A stretch of 50,837 nt of DNA from Candidatus Zapsychrus exili (lineage in GTDB: Bacteria > Omnitrophota > Gorgyraeia > Zapsychrales > Zapsychraceae). The translations under genes and the position numbers were made by a program. Each line of letters begins with the position of its first letter. Positions within the stretch are counted from its first letter, which is position 1. Positions 28,070-38,340 of the stretch are shown piece after piece. The stretch lies in contig JAVCCJ010000113.1 of NCBI GenBank assembly GCA_030765585.1, positions 1 to 50,837 on the forward strand. The letters run 5' to 3'. Below the pieces are notes generated by a model, which saw only the letters and a list, made by a program, of their open reading frames with translations, made no database searches and was not told where the DNA came from.

Positions 28070-30583
28070 ATGCTTAAATTAAAAAATTCTAACTTTGCTC
28101 AATATACACTCATAGCGCTTATTGCTCTAAGCATAGGACTATATTTTAGACTCTACCCTCTTTTATCTTTTACCTCTTCAGACTCTTCAGAGAAAGCAAC
28201 AGTTTTAATATTATCTCGCATAAATAAAATAGCAAAGTCACAAATAAATCGCGCCCATCCAAATTTTTCTGAGCCTCAAAAACAATTGCTAACCAAAAAA
28301 CTATTTAATGAATTGGTTAAAAAAGAATCACCTAGGCTAAAAGAAACTATAAGCAGAGTATCCAAAGAAATCGAAAAAGACAAAAAGAATAATAAAAAAA
28401 CATACCTTCTGGCATCTGATTCTTTTTATTATTATGGCTTAACAAAAAACATACTAAACAAAGGCTCTATTAGCGAAAAAACAAAAGGAAGCAAATATCT
28501 AAACAATCTTATGCTTGCGCCAAAAGGTCACTGGGAACCACTAAATTTACACCCTTACGTCGGAGCATTCGTCTACAAAATAATTAAAATATTTGATACT
28601 AATATATCTTTAATGAAAGCTTTAAGCTTTACGCCTTTACTTATCGTAATACTATCTATTATTCCGTTCTTATTTATCTGCAGTTTACTAAAAATAAAAC
28701 CTGTCATTACTTTAACAGTAAACATCTTTTTTCTTCTATCACCTATTTTCATAGAAAGAAGTGCTTTTGGATGGTATGACAACGATCCTTACAATATTCT
28801 ATTTCCGCTTATCATATTGTCCTTTTTCTTCTTAGGTATAAAAAAATCAAATAATACAAAGAATACTATTATATTTGGCTCTATAACATCAGCTGCTGTC
28901 GCACTTTATGCTTTTTTCTGGCAAGGATGGGTGTTAACATTTAGTATTATTTTTGCATCTACAATAACAATAATTATCTACAACTATTTAACTATAAAAA
29001 CAAAAAATGATACAAAGCATCTGTCCTGCTATCTTGGAGTCATCTCTCTTACTAGCTTTGTGTTTATTGGTATTTTATTTGGCACAAACGAATTCTTTGT
29101 TCTGTTTAAAGAAGGCTGGATTGCTCTTAAAAACTTTATTGAGCCACAACTATCTGCTTGGCCAGATTTATATATTAGTGTAGGCGAACTTCATAGCACA
29201 CCTATTCTATCTATTATTAAAACATCAGGAGGAAAATTTTTCTTCTATACCGCTATTCTAGGGGCAATCATATCTATTGCAGAAATAATAAAGCAGATCT
29301 TTTCTCGTCTAAAAACAGAAGATTACAATATAAAAATATCCCTGCTTATCTTCTTAATCGCTTCTTTTATAATAACCTCTGGCGCTAAAAGATTCGCCAT
29401 TCTTCTTTTAATACCTTTAAGCATATTCTTTGCCATTGCTTTAGAAAAAATATATACTGCACTTGAAAAAATAATAACAAAAAAATTTCCTGATAAAAAT
29501 AAACTAAGCATAAAAATATTTTTATCAATCATTGTCTTATCAACAATAATTGTACCAATAAAATCTACTAACAAATCAATAAGCTCACTTCTCTCAACTA
29601 TATACAATGAAACTTGGGAAAAAGCCCTACTTCAATTAAAAGAAAAAACTAGCGAAAATAGCATTATCACAGCTTGGTGGCCTCCAGGTCATTTTATAAA
29701 ATCCATAGCAGAAAGAAAAGTATCCTTTGATGGAGCTACAATCAACTTTCCTCAAAGCTATTGGATATCAAACATATTCTTAAGCCAAGATGAACGTCAA
29801 GCCGCTGGACTTATAAGAATGCTAAACAACAGCGCAAACGAATCAGTAGAGTATCTAGAAAGCCTTGGCGTACCTCTTAGCGTTTGCATTCCATTATTAA
29901 AAGAAGTAGCAAGGCTGAAAAAAGACGATGCTAGAGAAGCTCTAAAAAAAATACTAAAGAACGATGATGTCGTTGAACATATCTTAAAATTAACACATAG
30001 CAAGCCTCCCGAATCATATTGTCTTATTTATAATGAATTTGTGGAAAATAATCTTCAGCTTAAATTTATAGGAGATTGGAATTTCGGAGCAATTGAGAAA
30101 ATAAACAAAGATAAGAATCTTTTTGATAATATTCCTAAAAGAAATTCAAAAGAATACATAAATTTCTTATGGAAGCTTGCAGGTGGACCGCATAAATACA
30201 GTGGACCATTAGCTCAAATAAGTGAAATCAAAGAAGATGTATTGTTTGAGGATGGTATTAGATTAAATATTAATACAATGAATTGCACTATCTCATCTAA
30301 GAAATATGGAAAAGGAGTTCCTTTAAGTATTTTCTACGAAAAAGATGGTGAGATAATTGAGAAAAAATTTGAAAACGGAAACCTGCCCTATTCTATTACT
30401 CTAGTAGATAGCAAACCTAACAAAACTGTATTCTTAATGGATCAAGAGCTTGCAAAATCAATCCTTATGCGGCTTTTCCTCTTTAAAGGAAAAGGATTAA
30501 AATATTTTGAACCTTTTATAGAGGAAAGCGATCTAACTGGGCGTACGCAAATTTATGTTTTTAAAGTAAATTTTGATGAGTAA
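28070..30583 (+). CDS. STT3/PglB/AglB-like oligosaccharyltransferase
   Basis: Many TM segments; 'SDSFYY', 'RSAFGWYDND', 'SVGEL', 'KRF', 'ITAWWPPGH', 'FDGA'. Confidence 0.88.
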   Translation: MLKLKNSNFAQYTLIALIALSIGLYFRLYPLLSFTSSDSSEKATVLILSRINKIAKSQINRAHPNFSEPQKQLLTKKLFNELVKKESPRLKETISRVSKEIEKDKKNNKKTYLLASDSFYYYGLTKNILNKGSISEKTKGSKYLNNLMLAPKGHWEPLNLHPYVGAFVYKIIKIFDTNISLMKALSFTPLLIVILSIIPFLFICSLLKIKPVITLTVNIFFLLSPIFIERSAFGWYDNDPYNILFPLIILSFFFLGIKKSNNTKNTIIFGSITSAAVALYAFFWQGWVLTFSIIFASTITIIIYNYLTIKTKNDTKHLSCYLGVISLTSFVFIGILFGTNEFFVLFKEGWIALKNFIEPQLSAWPDLYISVGELHSTPILSIIKTSGGKFFFYTAILGAIISIAEIIKQIFSRLKTEDYNIKISLLIFLIASFIITSGAKRFAILLLIPLSIFFAIALEKIYTALEKIITKKFPDKNKLSIKIFLSIIVLSTIIVPIKSTNKSISSLLSTIYNETWEKALLQLKEKTSENSIITAWWPPGHFIKSIAERKVSFDGATINFPQSYWISNIFLSQDERQAAGLIRMLNNSANESVEYLESLGVPLSVCIPLLKEVARLKKDDAREALKKILKNDDVVEHILKLTHSKPPESYCLIYNEFVENNLQLKFIGDWNFGAIEKINKDKNLFDNIPKRNSKEYINFLWKLAGGPHKYSGPLAQISEIKEDVLFEDGIRLNINTMNCTISSKKYGKGVPLSIFYEKDGEIIEKKFENGNLPYSITLVDSKPNKTVFLMDQELAKSILMRLFLFKGKGLKYFEPFIEESDLTGRTQIYVFKVNFDE

Positions 30584-30705
30584 TTTATAGCTGATTTTAT
30601 AGGAATGAGACTATATTTGCGTCTTTTTTGTAATTCGAATGATTACACGCAGATTATGTCACAATAGCGCAATTAAGCTTTAAGCGGGGATTCCTGTATT
30701 CGTTC

Positions 30706-30849
30706 CTAGACGTTGTACATCTCTACACTTCGCAGGAACAACAAAATCATTTTAGTACAAATTATCACAAAGTAATATCCACTTAATGAATAATCTCGTT
30801 TGGATAATCGTGTTGATTTAATTCGAAATTTATTTCTAAATAATTTCAT
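30706..30849 (-). pseudogene. N-terminal relic of a REP-associated tyrosine transposase (RAYT, Y1)
   Basis: MKLFRNKFRIKSTRLSKRDYSLSGYYFVIICTK resembles the RAYT N-terminus (S.RL...DY...G.YFVTICT). It degenerates after ~33 codons into a GTAGAGA..CGTCT REP-like remnant. Confidence 0.7.
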
Positions 30850-30887
30850 ATGATAATAATATTGTAGAAATACAGCATACCTCCTCT

Positions 30888-32573
30888 CTACCTAAAATCA
30901 TACAAATAAATACCAACGTTTTTTCCTTCCCAATATTAAAGACGCTTACCTGACATATCTAACATTGATAAAATTATATTTTGATACTCTTTGCTCATAG
31001 TAGAAAGAATTACCCACGTTCTATTAGACTTTAAAAAAGATACTGGCTGACCAGCTAACACAAATAATCGTTTATTCTTCTTTAACAACTGAAAAGATTT
31101 CTTGTAAAAACCAGATTTATCAAATACATTGACAGATTCACGAAATCCTATAAACTCCCTATTCCTGATCTGTATAGGTAATGGGCTAAAATCTAATGAT
31201 AAAAAACATTCCTGATCTTGTCTGCCATCTGCGCCACAATCATGCTTTGTAATCTTATTACTAAATTTCAACTGACTTATATAATACATAAAAGTAATAC
31301 GCCCACTGGCGTTAAAAAGAAATTTATCTTCAGGTCTATAATACTGACTTAAATATTCAACTATTTGCCTATCTTGATATTCCTCTAATCCTTTAAAATA
31401 ATTACCATAAGCGTTTAATAATTGAGACCATAAAAGAATTACTGCAAGAATTAAAGCGACAACATTAGACAGCTTACGATTCTTTATCCAAAATCCGCAT
31501 ATACCTTCAGCCAAAAAAACACTAAAGAAAGGAAACAAAAATAACAACACCCTACCTCGAAATGGATATTTATTAAACAAGGCAGCTAAAAATGTTAATA
31601 AAATAACAGACACCCACATAACTGTCTGTTGCCTATCTCTTGCGTAATGCCTAAAGCAACCTATTATAAATAACACAAGAGCTACAACTGGAAGGTATTT
31701 AAAACCTAATGGATTTCTTAACGCATCAATAAAAACATCTTTTGTCCAGATTATTGTATCTAGGCTAATTAAGTTAATTGGTCCAAATGCTCCTACCCAT
31801 GTTCTATTTATACCATTATTATTTACCATACCGGTTAAAAAAAGCTTATACAAAAGAACAAAACTTAAAAACGAAATCATAGACATCAACACTGTTATTC
31901 TTACTTTATGCCAATCTTTTGCTTGTATATAAAAAATAAACGTCGTCGATAAAAATCCCGCCAAAACAAAAATAGCTGAATTTGATAACCATAAAACAAA
32001 AGCACACACACATGCTTGAATTAAAATATTTTTTATGCTAAATTTCTGCTTGCGCAAATAATCAAAGAAAATAATCAATAATACAGTAACAAGTAAATCA
32101 GAAGAATATTGTTTTACTTCTGCCAAATAATATATTATTGATTCTGCAATAGAAAAAATAGCTAAAGCTATTAAACCAATTCAATTTCCTAGATTATTCT
32201 TTAAATAATATGCAAACAATACCAAAACCATTAATGATGATATCAAAAGAAACAAACGAAGCATATATTCGCAATTGCCTCCAAGTTGCACAAAAAATTT
32301 CTGAACAAACATAAAAATCAATGGTCATTTAGCAAATTCTGTAAAGATCTCAACATTATTGACAATATCAGAAAAGGAGCGATGAACAATACTTATAGCT
32401 ATATGACTTTCATCTAACCAGAGAGAACGATTTCCAAAATAGTGCCTTAACCTTAATAGAGAACCTAATAAAACAAAGAATGCAAAACCAATATCATAAA
32501 TATTAAAATTTATAAAATATTGTATTATTTTTTTAACTAAGTCGGATAATCTGTTTAATTTTTTTAACAACAT
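30888..32573 (-). pseudogene. GT-C (GT39/ArnT-like) membrane glycosyltransferase with three in-frame stops
   Basis: RSLWLDE, EYMLRL, EVKQYS and YPFRGR in one frame. Stops: TGA 32325-32327, TGA 32181-32183, TAA 30936-30938, followed by YWEGKNVGIYLYDFR*. Confidence 0.85.
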
Positions 32574-32583
32574 ATATCTTTTG

Positions 32584-33462
32584 TTAGTATCCTACCGAAT
32601 CAAATGAATGCTTAGAGCCTTCTGTTCTAAGCTCTAATATTCTATCTTTCGGAGACATAGTATTATTATTTTCTAAAACTCTTAAAGTATCTTCCTGAGT
32701 ATTAAACAAATTACTTTTCATATAAAACTTTGCTGCGGATACTGCGCTTTCTTGCGCCTCTTCTTTTAAATATTCTTCACCATTAGAACTATCATTAATG
32801 ATGTCTGCTAAACTTTTTCTTTGAGAAGAGCTATTTTTACCTAACCGCACCATTGCCTCAAGTTGAAAAGCAAAACTCTCCTCTTTAATTTCTCTTAACG
32901 ATGTAATAACTTCAAGTACCATCGCTATCCTTCCTCCCATATAATAAGAAAGCCCTAAGCCAAAATAAGCATACGGCAATTTCAATTTATTAGCAATTTC
33001 TTTAAAATACGAGACAGCAACATCTGGCTTATCTTTTCCTATAAGATAAATCCATCCCAAAGTAAGATATCCAGTTATATAATTTGGATCAAGCTCTAAC
33101 GTTTTAAGTCCATACTCTTCTGCTTTAACAAAATTTCCTAAAGAATAATAGAACTTAGCTAAATTATCATTAACCGGTGCGTATTTCGAATCTGCTTCTA
33201 TGGCTTTCTGATATATACCTATAACCTCGTCGTTACTTGCTCCCAACTCTTTCTTGCATAATGCTATGTAATTATATGCAGCAGCTAATTGAGGATATAA
33301 ATCAATGGCTTCTTGAAAACAGTCTACTGCTTCTTTGTATTCTTTTTGTTTATACAAAGAAAGTCCTTTTTCAAAAGCTTCTCTTATTGGGTTAACCTGT
33401 GCAAAAGAATCAAACTCTAAAAACATAACAAATAATAAAATTATAATAAAATATTTTTTCAT
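32584..33462 (-). CDS. Secreted TPR-repeat protein
   Basis: Signal peptide; repeated TPR patterns (AYNYIA, NLAKFYYSLG, GYLTLGWIY, AYFGLGLSY). Confidence 0.88.
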   Translation of the reverse strand: MKKYFIIILLFVMFLEFDSFAQVNPIREAFEKGLSLYKQKEYKEAVDCFQEAIDLYPQLAAAYNYIALCKKELGASNDEVIGIYQKAIEADSKYAPVNDNLAKFYYSLGNFVKAEEYGLKTLELDPNYITGYLTLGWIYLIGKDKPDVAVSYFKEIANKLKLPYAYFGLGLSYYMGGRIAMVLEVITSLREIKEESFAFQLEAMVRLGKNSSSQRKSLADIINDSSNGEEYLKEEAQESAVSAAKFYMKSNLFNTQEDTLRVLENNNTMSPKDRILELRTEGSKHSFDSVGY

Positions 33463-33517
33463 TTTTTATATAAATAGAAAGGTTAAAACAAGAAAAATGT
33501 AAAAAAATTTACCGCGT

Positions 33518-34090
33518 TTAAGGAGTAGAACTAGTGTTGGACATACCATGACCTATTATTAATTTAACAATAGTCATTGAGACATTTACTTCATCAGGAA
33601 ACCCTCGTTTTTCAGTCATATTAAACTTTACCACCTTAAGCATTTCTGATGTAGAGTTAATAGCATGCATAAAAGATATTATATTCTCCAAGTTGCCAGA
33701 ACAATCTAACTCTGCATAATATTCAATATATCTTTTTCGAGCCTCTGTTTTTGTGGGGTTGCTTCTTGCTAAATTTATATTTAAATTTGTTGCAAGCTTT
33801 TCAACAGTACTTAAAAAATCTGCACTAATTACATCTTCGTCTTCTATTTCATCTATAAAATAACTATCAAACACTTCATTTTCTTTTATAATCTTATCCT
33901 TATATTGCAAGAATCTAGCATCTCTCTGAATTACAGATTTTTGAGTCTCAACTTCTTTTTTAATATCATTCAGCTTGTCTAATACTGGACCCAAAAAAAG
34001 CCTATCTAATAAAGCTAAAGAAACTAATACAATAGCTATATAAAATATTTTCTTTTCTTTTTCTGAAAGTTTAGCAATGTATTGCTTCAA
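33518..34090 (-). CDS. pilO: PilO/GspM-like alignment subunit
   Basis: LSEKEKK + TM + coiled coil + 'LDCSGNLENIISFMHAI...LKV'; follows pilM. Confidence 0.75.
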   Translation of the reverse strand: MKQYIAKLSEKEKKIFYIAIVLVSLALLDRLFLGPVLDKLNDIKKEVETQKSVIQRDARFLQYKDKIIKENEVFDSYFIDEIEDEDVISADFLSTVEKLATNLNINLARSNPTKTEARKRYIEYYAELDCSGNLENIISFMHAINSTSEMLKVVKFNMTEKRGFPDEVNVSMTIVKLIIGHGMSNTSSTP

Positions 34091-34093
34091 CTA

Positions 34094-35575
34094 TTATTCC
34101 TCCTGTATTAAAGGCTTTTCAACCTCTTCTTCAAATGCAGACTCCAGCTTTAACTCAATCTCAAAAGCATGTGTATCTTTATTTCTATCTTTTTTAGCTG
34201 TCATAGATTTAATATCTGCGCTCTTAAACAACTCTGATTCTTTTAATGTTGTTCCTAAATTAAAAACTAACGATGCTATATCTGATATTCCCTGAATATT
34301 AATAACTCCATCTTCATTCATAGAAATATTCGTTAAATACATTTCATTTGGAACGTTTAGATAGAGCTCATTAACAACATCTAAACCTATCATTCTACTT
34401 GCAAGATAGCTTTTAATTATTCTAGTTTCTAAAGATCTTTGCTCTAGAGCCATAACTTCTTGACGATTTGCACGAAGTTCATCTTTAATCTTATTTAAAA
34501 ATGAATTCTGAAAATAAATCTTAAGCCCAAGAACACATGCTATTAAAATTAAAACAACAAACCCTAGCGTAGCAGTTTTAAAAGCTTCCTTACCTTGCTC
34601 TTCTATTGTTTTCTGAAATTGAACCTCTTCAGGCATCAAATCTATATTTACTTCTTCTGCCTCAACAGAAGAAACAACCAAGTCCAAGAATGAATTATTT
34701 CCAAAATCTACTCCTAAACGCTTTAAGGCCCCTTGCGTTGCCTTAATATTGTCAACATATGATATAGCCTCAACTTCCCAATTTAATTTCTCTTTCAACA
34801 TATCTTTTAGTCCATCAAATTCATCTTGCATATTTGCCAAAATATATTTTGATGGTACTTGCTCTATATCTTCGTTCTTATAAGACTCTAATGTCTTTTT
34901 TAATTCTTCTATTAATTTGCTTTCATAATCTAAGTCTTCTTTTAACAATTGATTTTTTCCTACTGGTATACTTCGCGACGCTATTGCTAAACCACGAAAA
35001 GCAATAACAAAATTTGTTGAGTCTGCTCCAACATCAATAATACCAACAGATAAAGATTTATTTTCTAAATCAAGAGCTTTAGAATAAAAAGACGCTATTG
35101 CCTCTGAAGGAAAAATAACTTTATTTATTTTAAGACCAACTTTATCGAGAACCTCTAGCTGCTTCTTAAGAATATTCTTATTAACAATGATAAGCAAAAC
35201 TTTTGTATAATTAGTTTTGTATACTCCTATGTTAATGAAATCGACTTCTATCTCTTCTCTAGAAAAAGGTGTATGTCTACCAGCTTGAAGATTTACAATA
35301 GATTTAATTTCTTCAGGCTCGATAGAAGGAATTTCAATATTTTTAGTAGTCACCACACTAGGATCTATAACACAATATACGTTGGCTGATTTCACAGGAA
35401 ATCCTTTTAAAGTTACATTGATGATTTTAGGCAAACTTACTTCATCAACACCTTTAATATCCTGTGCTATTGCATTTATAATTTTTGCAGAAGAACCTAT
35501 ACCTTTAACGTGAGACACTTTAAGCGTATCTTCGCTTAAAGTTATAGATATACTGTCATTGCTTTTTCTTACCAT
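34094..35575 (-). CDS. pilM: PilM-PilN fusion (GspL-like)
   Basis: Actin-like domain (IIDVGADST, SRSIPVG), 'IDLMP' linker, TM and a PilN-like periplasmic domain. Confidence 0.8.
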   Translation of the reverse strand: MVRKSNDSISITLSEDTLKVSHVKGIGSSAKIINAIAQDIKGVDEVSLPKIINVTLKGFPVKSANVYCVIDPSVVTTKNIEIPSIEPEEIKSIVNLQAGRHTPFSREEIEVDFINIGVYKTNYTKVLLIIVNKNILKKQLEVLDKVGLKINKVIFPSEAIASFYSKALDLENKSLSVGIIDVGADSTNFVIAFRGLAIASRSIPVGKNQLLKEDLDYESKLIEELKKTLESYKNEDIEQVPSKYILANMQDEFDGLKDMLKEKLNWEVEAISYVDNIKATQGALKRLGVDFGNNSFLDLVVSSVEAEEVNIDLMPEEVQFQKTIEEQGKEAFKTATLGFVVLILIACVLGLKIYFQNSFLNKIKDELRANRQEVMALEQRSLETRIIKSYLASRMIGLDVVNELYLNVPNEMYLTNISMNEDGVINIQGISDIASLVFNLGTTLKESELFKSADIKSMTAKKDRNKDTHAFEIELKLESAFEEEVEKPLIQEE

Positions 35576-35666
35576 CGCTAAACGCTACTCCTTTTAATAA
35601 TATAATTTTACAATAATATTATTATAATTTAAATTATTAATTTATATAAATAAAAATTCATTTTTT

Positions 35667-36704
35667 TTACCGCTCCCTATAATACTCAAACTTATTTTCT
35701 TTTACGCTATAAACACACTTTGCAAGTAAATTTTGCTTACCGCTGCCTAATTCTCCCTTACTTTTTATAAGATAAAAATAAGAATTCGTTGTTAGAAGCC
35801 CTGCAGTATTAACTGAATCAATTTGTTTTGCCTCTGATTCTTTAAGCTCAACAAATTGAGTAATTTCACTAGCTATATCATGTGTTTTATAAAAAACATA
35901 ATCATCTTCCGTCGCCTCTTGCCTGTCCAAACCACGCCTTACAATAAATATCTTATTTACAACGCTTTCGTCAATGCCAAGTGACAACAAAACTTGATGA
36001 GAAGCTGTATTTATATTTACCGCCCCATCACCATATATGGTAATAAACGGTTCTATTTTATCAAATATCTCCTTGGTCATTCCCTGTACTAACAATAACT
36101 CATCAATTATCTCAAACTCAGCATTCTTAATTCTATAAGGATACTTTAAACTATCATAATAATAATCACTATAAAATCCTTCCAATTGCGTAGACCCAAA
36201 TTCTCTCCAAGAAATAATTGCCTCGGTCAAATCAATAGAATCTTGTTTATTTAATAAGTTAAGACTATATACAAGTCTTCTTAATATATCTCTTGATACT
36301 GTATTTATATTTATTTTGCTTTCCTCGTCAACAATTCCATATCGTATATATGAATTTAGAAAAGTATCATCGAAATAAGAATACTCAACATTACAAAGCC
36401 CATCATTTAATTTTATATCTTTAAACTTTTCAGGATTATTATGTCTATAGAATTTACTATAAGAAGAATAAATTTGCTTACTTCTCATTAAATCTTGTCT
36501 TAATATTGCAACAGCTTTTTTTATTCCAGCTTCTGCTGTAAAACGCAACTTACTTCTATCTTCTATTCTGTGCAACAAAGTAACTCTTTGTCGCACTTTA
36601 AGTCCTATATGTACCGCAAATATAGTCAAAAAGGACAACGTCCATAATGCGACTATTAAAACCGATCCAATTTTATTATTTTTATAAACAATATGTTTCT
36701 TCAT
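35667..36704 (-). CDS. gspK: T2SS minor pseudopilin GspK
   Basis: GSVLIVALW, AEAGI..A, DEESKININT, ELLLVQGM, VNINTAS..VL. Confidence 0.92.
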   Translation of the reverse strand: MKKHIVYKNNKIGSVLIVALWTLSFLTIFAVHIGLKVRQRVTLLHRIEDRSKLRFTAEAGIKKAVAILRQDLMRSKQIYSSYSKFYRHNNPEKFKDIKLNDGLCNVEYSYFDDTFLNSYIRYGIVDEESKININTVSRDILRRLVYSLNLLNKQDSIDLTEAIISWREFGSTQLEGFYSDYYYDSLKYPYRIKNAEFEIIDELLLVQGMTKEIFDKIEPFITIYGDGAVNINTASHQVLLSLGIDESVVNKIFIVRRGLDRQEATEDDYVFYKTHDIASEITQFVELKESEAKQIDSVNTAGLLTTNSYFYLIKSKGELGSGKQNLLAKCVYSVKENKFEYYRER

Positions 36705-36707
36705 ATA

Positions 36708-37310
36708 TCAATAACCAACAATAATATTAATAAACTTATTAGCTTTCCTTTTCCCTCTTTTATCTGTAAATTCAACCGTCACCTCTAAACCTGAAGGAAA
36801 GGTTTCCAATGTTTTATCACTTTCAATTTCTCCACTATCTGTAGAATAAAAATATTTAAATCCTAAGCTATCAACAGGACCTACCAAAAGTCTGGCTTTA
36901 AAAAACTTATCACTTTCTGCTTTGCTATAATTTGCTTCTCTTTTATAAATACCTCCATCGAGTGAGTCAAAATAATATTCAACTTTGCCAATCTGATTCA
37001 CATATCCTTCTTTTTTCTGTGTGCTTCTAGGATCTGCTGGTGTATATACTATGGTGGGAAAAGAAAATTTATTATCAGTTCCTTCAAAACTTATTTTTGA
37101 ATAATAAAAAGTATTTCTTAAATCACTATTTATTTTATCAAAAAATATAACAATATCTTCTTCAATTAACGCATAATTGCTTCTGTCCCAAACTCGTAAA
37201 CCATTTGCTAGCGCATTATACAAAGCTATGCTAAGAACAGAAAACAAAGAAATAACTATAAGAACCTCAATGAAAGTCATAGCATTCTTTTTAAATATTT
37301 TATTATTCAT
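36708..37310 (-). CDS. gspJ: Minor pseudopilin GspJ-like
   Basis: KKNA/MTFIEVLIV prepilin motif; 'INSDLRN'; 'FPSGLEVTV'. Confidence 0.8.
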   Translation of the reverse strand: MNNKIFKKNAMTFIEVLIVISLFSVLSIALYNALANGLRVWDRSNYALIEEDIVIFFDKINSDLRNTFYYSKISFEGTDNKFSFPTIVYTPADPRSTQKKEGYVNQIGKVEYYFDSLDGGIYKREANYSKAESDKFFKARLLVGPVDSLGFKYFYSTDSGEIESDKTLETFPSGLEVTVEFTDKRGKRKANKFINIIVGY

Positions 37311-37319
37311 TTTATTTAC

Positions 37320-37730
37320 TTATTTATTATCAAGATCTCTAAATTCAGAAATATACTTAGAGCGAGATATGTTTAATTCTTTATTATTTTCTTTCCAAGA
37401 CAACTTTAAATCTAATTTAAAAACTTCTACAAAATCTTCTATTTCGCCTATGCTAACATATTCCTTAAATCCCACCTTTTTCCCGCCAACATCCACCTCT
37501 CTTACCTGCTGTTCATCAAATGGCAAGGCTCCATAAACTTTCAAAAAACGATCTATTCTTTCTATACGATTATCTAAAAGCGTTGTTGCATATAATCTAT
37601 TGGTAAGATAATTCATCCTATCGAGGGAAATGAGAAAAGACTTAAAAATCATAACTATGCCAACAGAAAAAATCACCAAAGTGACCATAACTTCTATAAA
37701 AGTAAAACCATTTTCTCTATTGAATCGCAC
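37320..37730 (-). CDS. Minor pseudopilin GspI/PilV-like (start revised to GTG at 37730)
   Basis: MRFNRENG/FTFIEVMV. The longer start in the ORF track overlaps gspG. Confidence 0.8.
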   Translation of the reverse strand: MRFNRENGFTFIEVMVTLVIFSVGIVMIFKSFLISLDRMNYLTNRLYATTLLDNRIERIDRFLKVYGALPFDEQQVREVDVGGKKVGFKEYVSIGEIEDFVEVFKLDLKLSWKENNKELNISRSKYISEFRDLDNK

Positions 37731-37752
37731 GTTTTTTATGGAAGATCTCTTT

Positions 37753-38175
37753 TTACCAATTAATAATATCATCACTACTTGAACTTGTGTCTTTACCTTC
37801 AGATGAAAGATCATAATCAGGATTATGCTTTCCCGGAGAAACATAAACATAATCATTTCTCCACGGATCAGCAGGATCTTTCTCTAAGTAAGGACCATTC
37901 CAATTAGAAGGAATTGGGCTAGTTGAGGATTTTATTTTTAAAGCCATCAAACCTTGACTAGTCGTAGGAAACTGTCCATTGTCTAGCTCATAGAGCTTAA
38001 GGCCTGTTGCAATATTTGCTTCAATATCCGATTTTGCAACAGATACTTTTGCTTGTTCAGAACGACCAACCAGCCTTGGTATAACCATGGCAGACAGAGC
38101 TGCTATAATTGTTACAACAAGCATAATTTCTACTAACGTAAATCCACTTTTATATTTACTAATATTTTTAAACAT
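37753..38175 (-). CDS. gspG: Major pseudopilin GspG
   Basis: G/FTLVEIM, LKLYELDNGQFPTT.QGL.AL, WNGPYL, DPW...Y.Y.SPG, DDIINW; GGAGG RBS. Confidence 0.96.
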   Translation of the reverse strand: MFKNISKYKSGFTLVEIMLVVTIIAALSAMVIPRLVGRSEQAKVSVAKSDIEANIATGLKLYELDNGQFPTTSQGLMALKIKSSTSPIPSNWNGPYLEKDPADPWRNDYVYVSPGKHNPDYDLSSEGKDTSSSSDDIINW

Positions 38176-38340
38176 AATATATCCTCCCTATAAAAAATAT
38201 TTACTTTTTATACTGTTATATATATCTATATTTATCATACTATACAAATTAATTTTTTATATATCTTAACTATTTTTTTTAAAATCATATATATCGTAAA
38301 ATATACTAATATATTCACTATAAAGAATTAATATACTTAC

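Noticed and set aside
30888..32573. Stop-codon reassignment or selenocysteine (two in-frame TGA)
   Set aside because: The same gene also has an in-frame TAA, other lesions in the window are TAA or frameshifts, and TGA is a normal stop for gspJ (36708).
37731..37856. N-terminal extension of the 178-aa ORF
   Set aside because: Overlaps gspG. The prepilin motif implies a start at GTG 37730.
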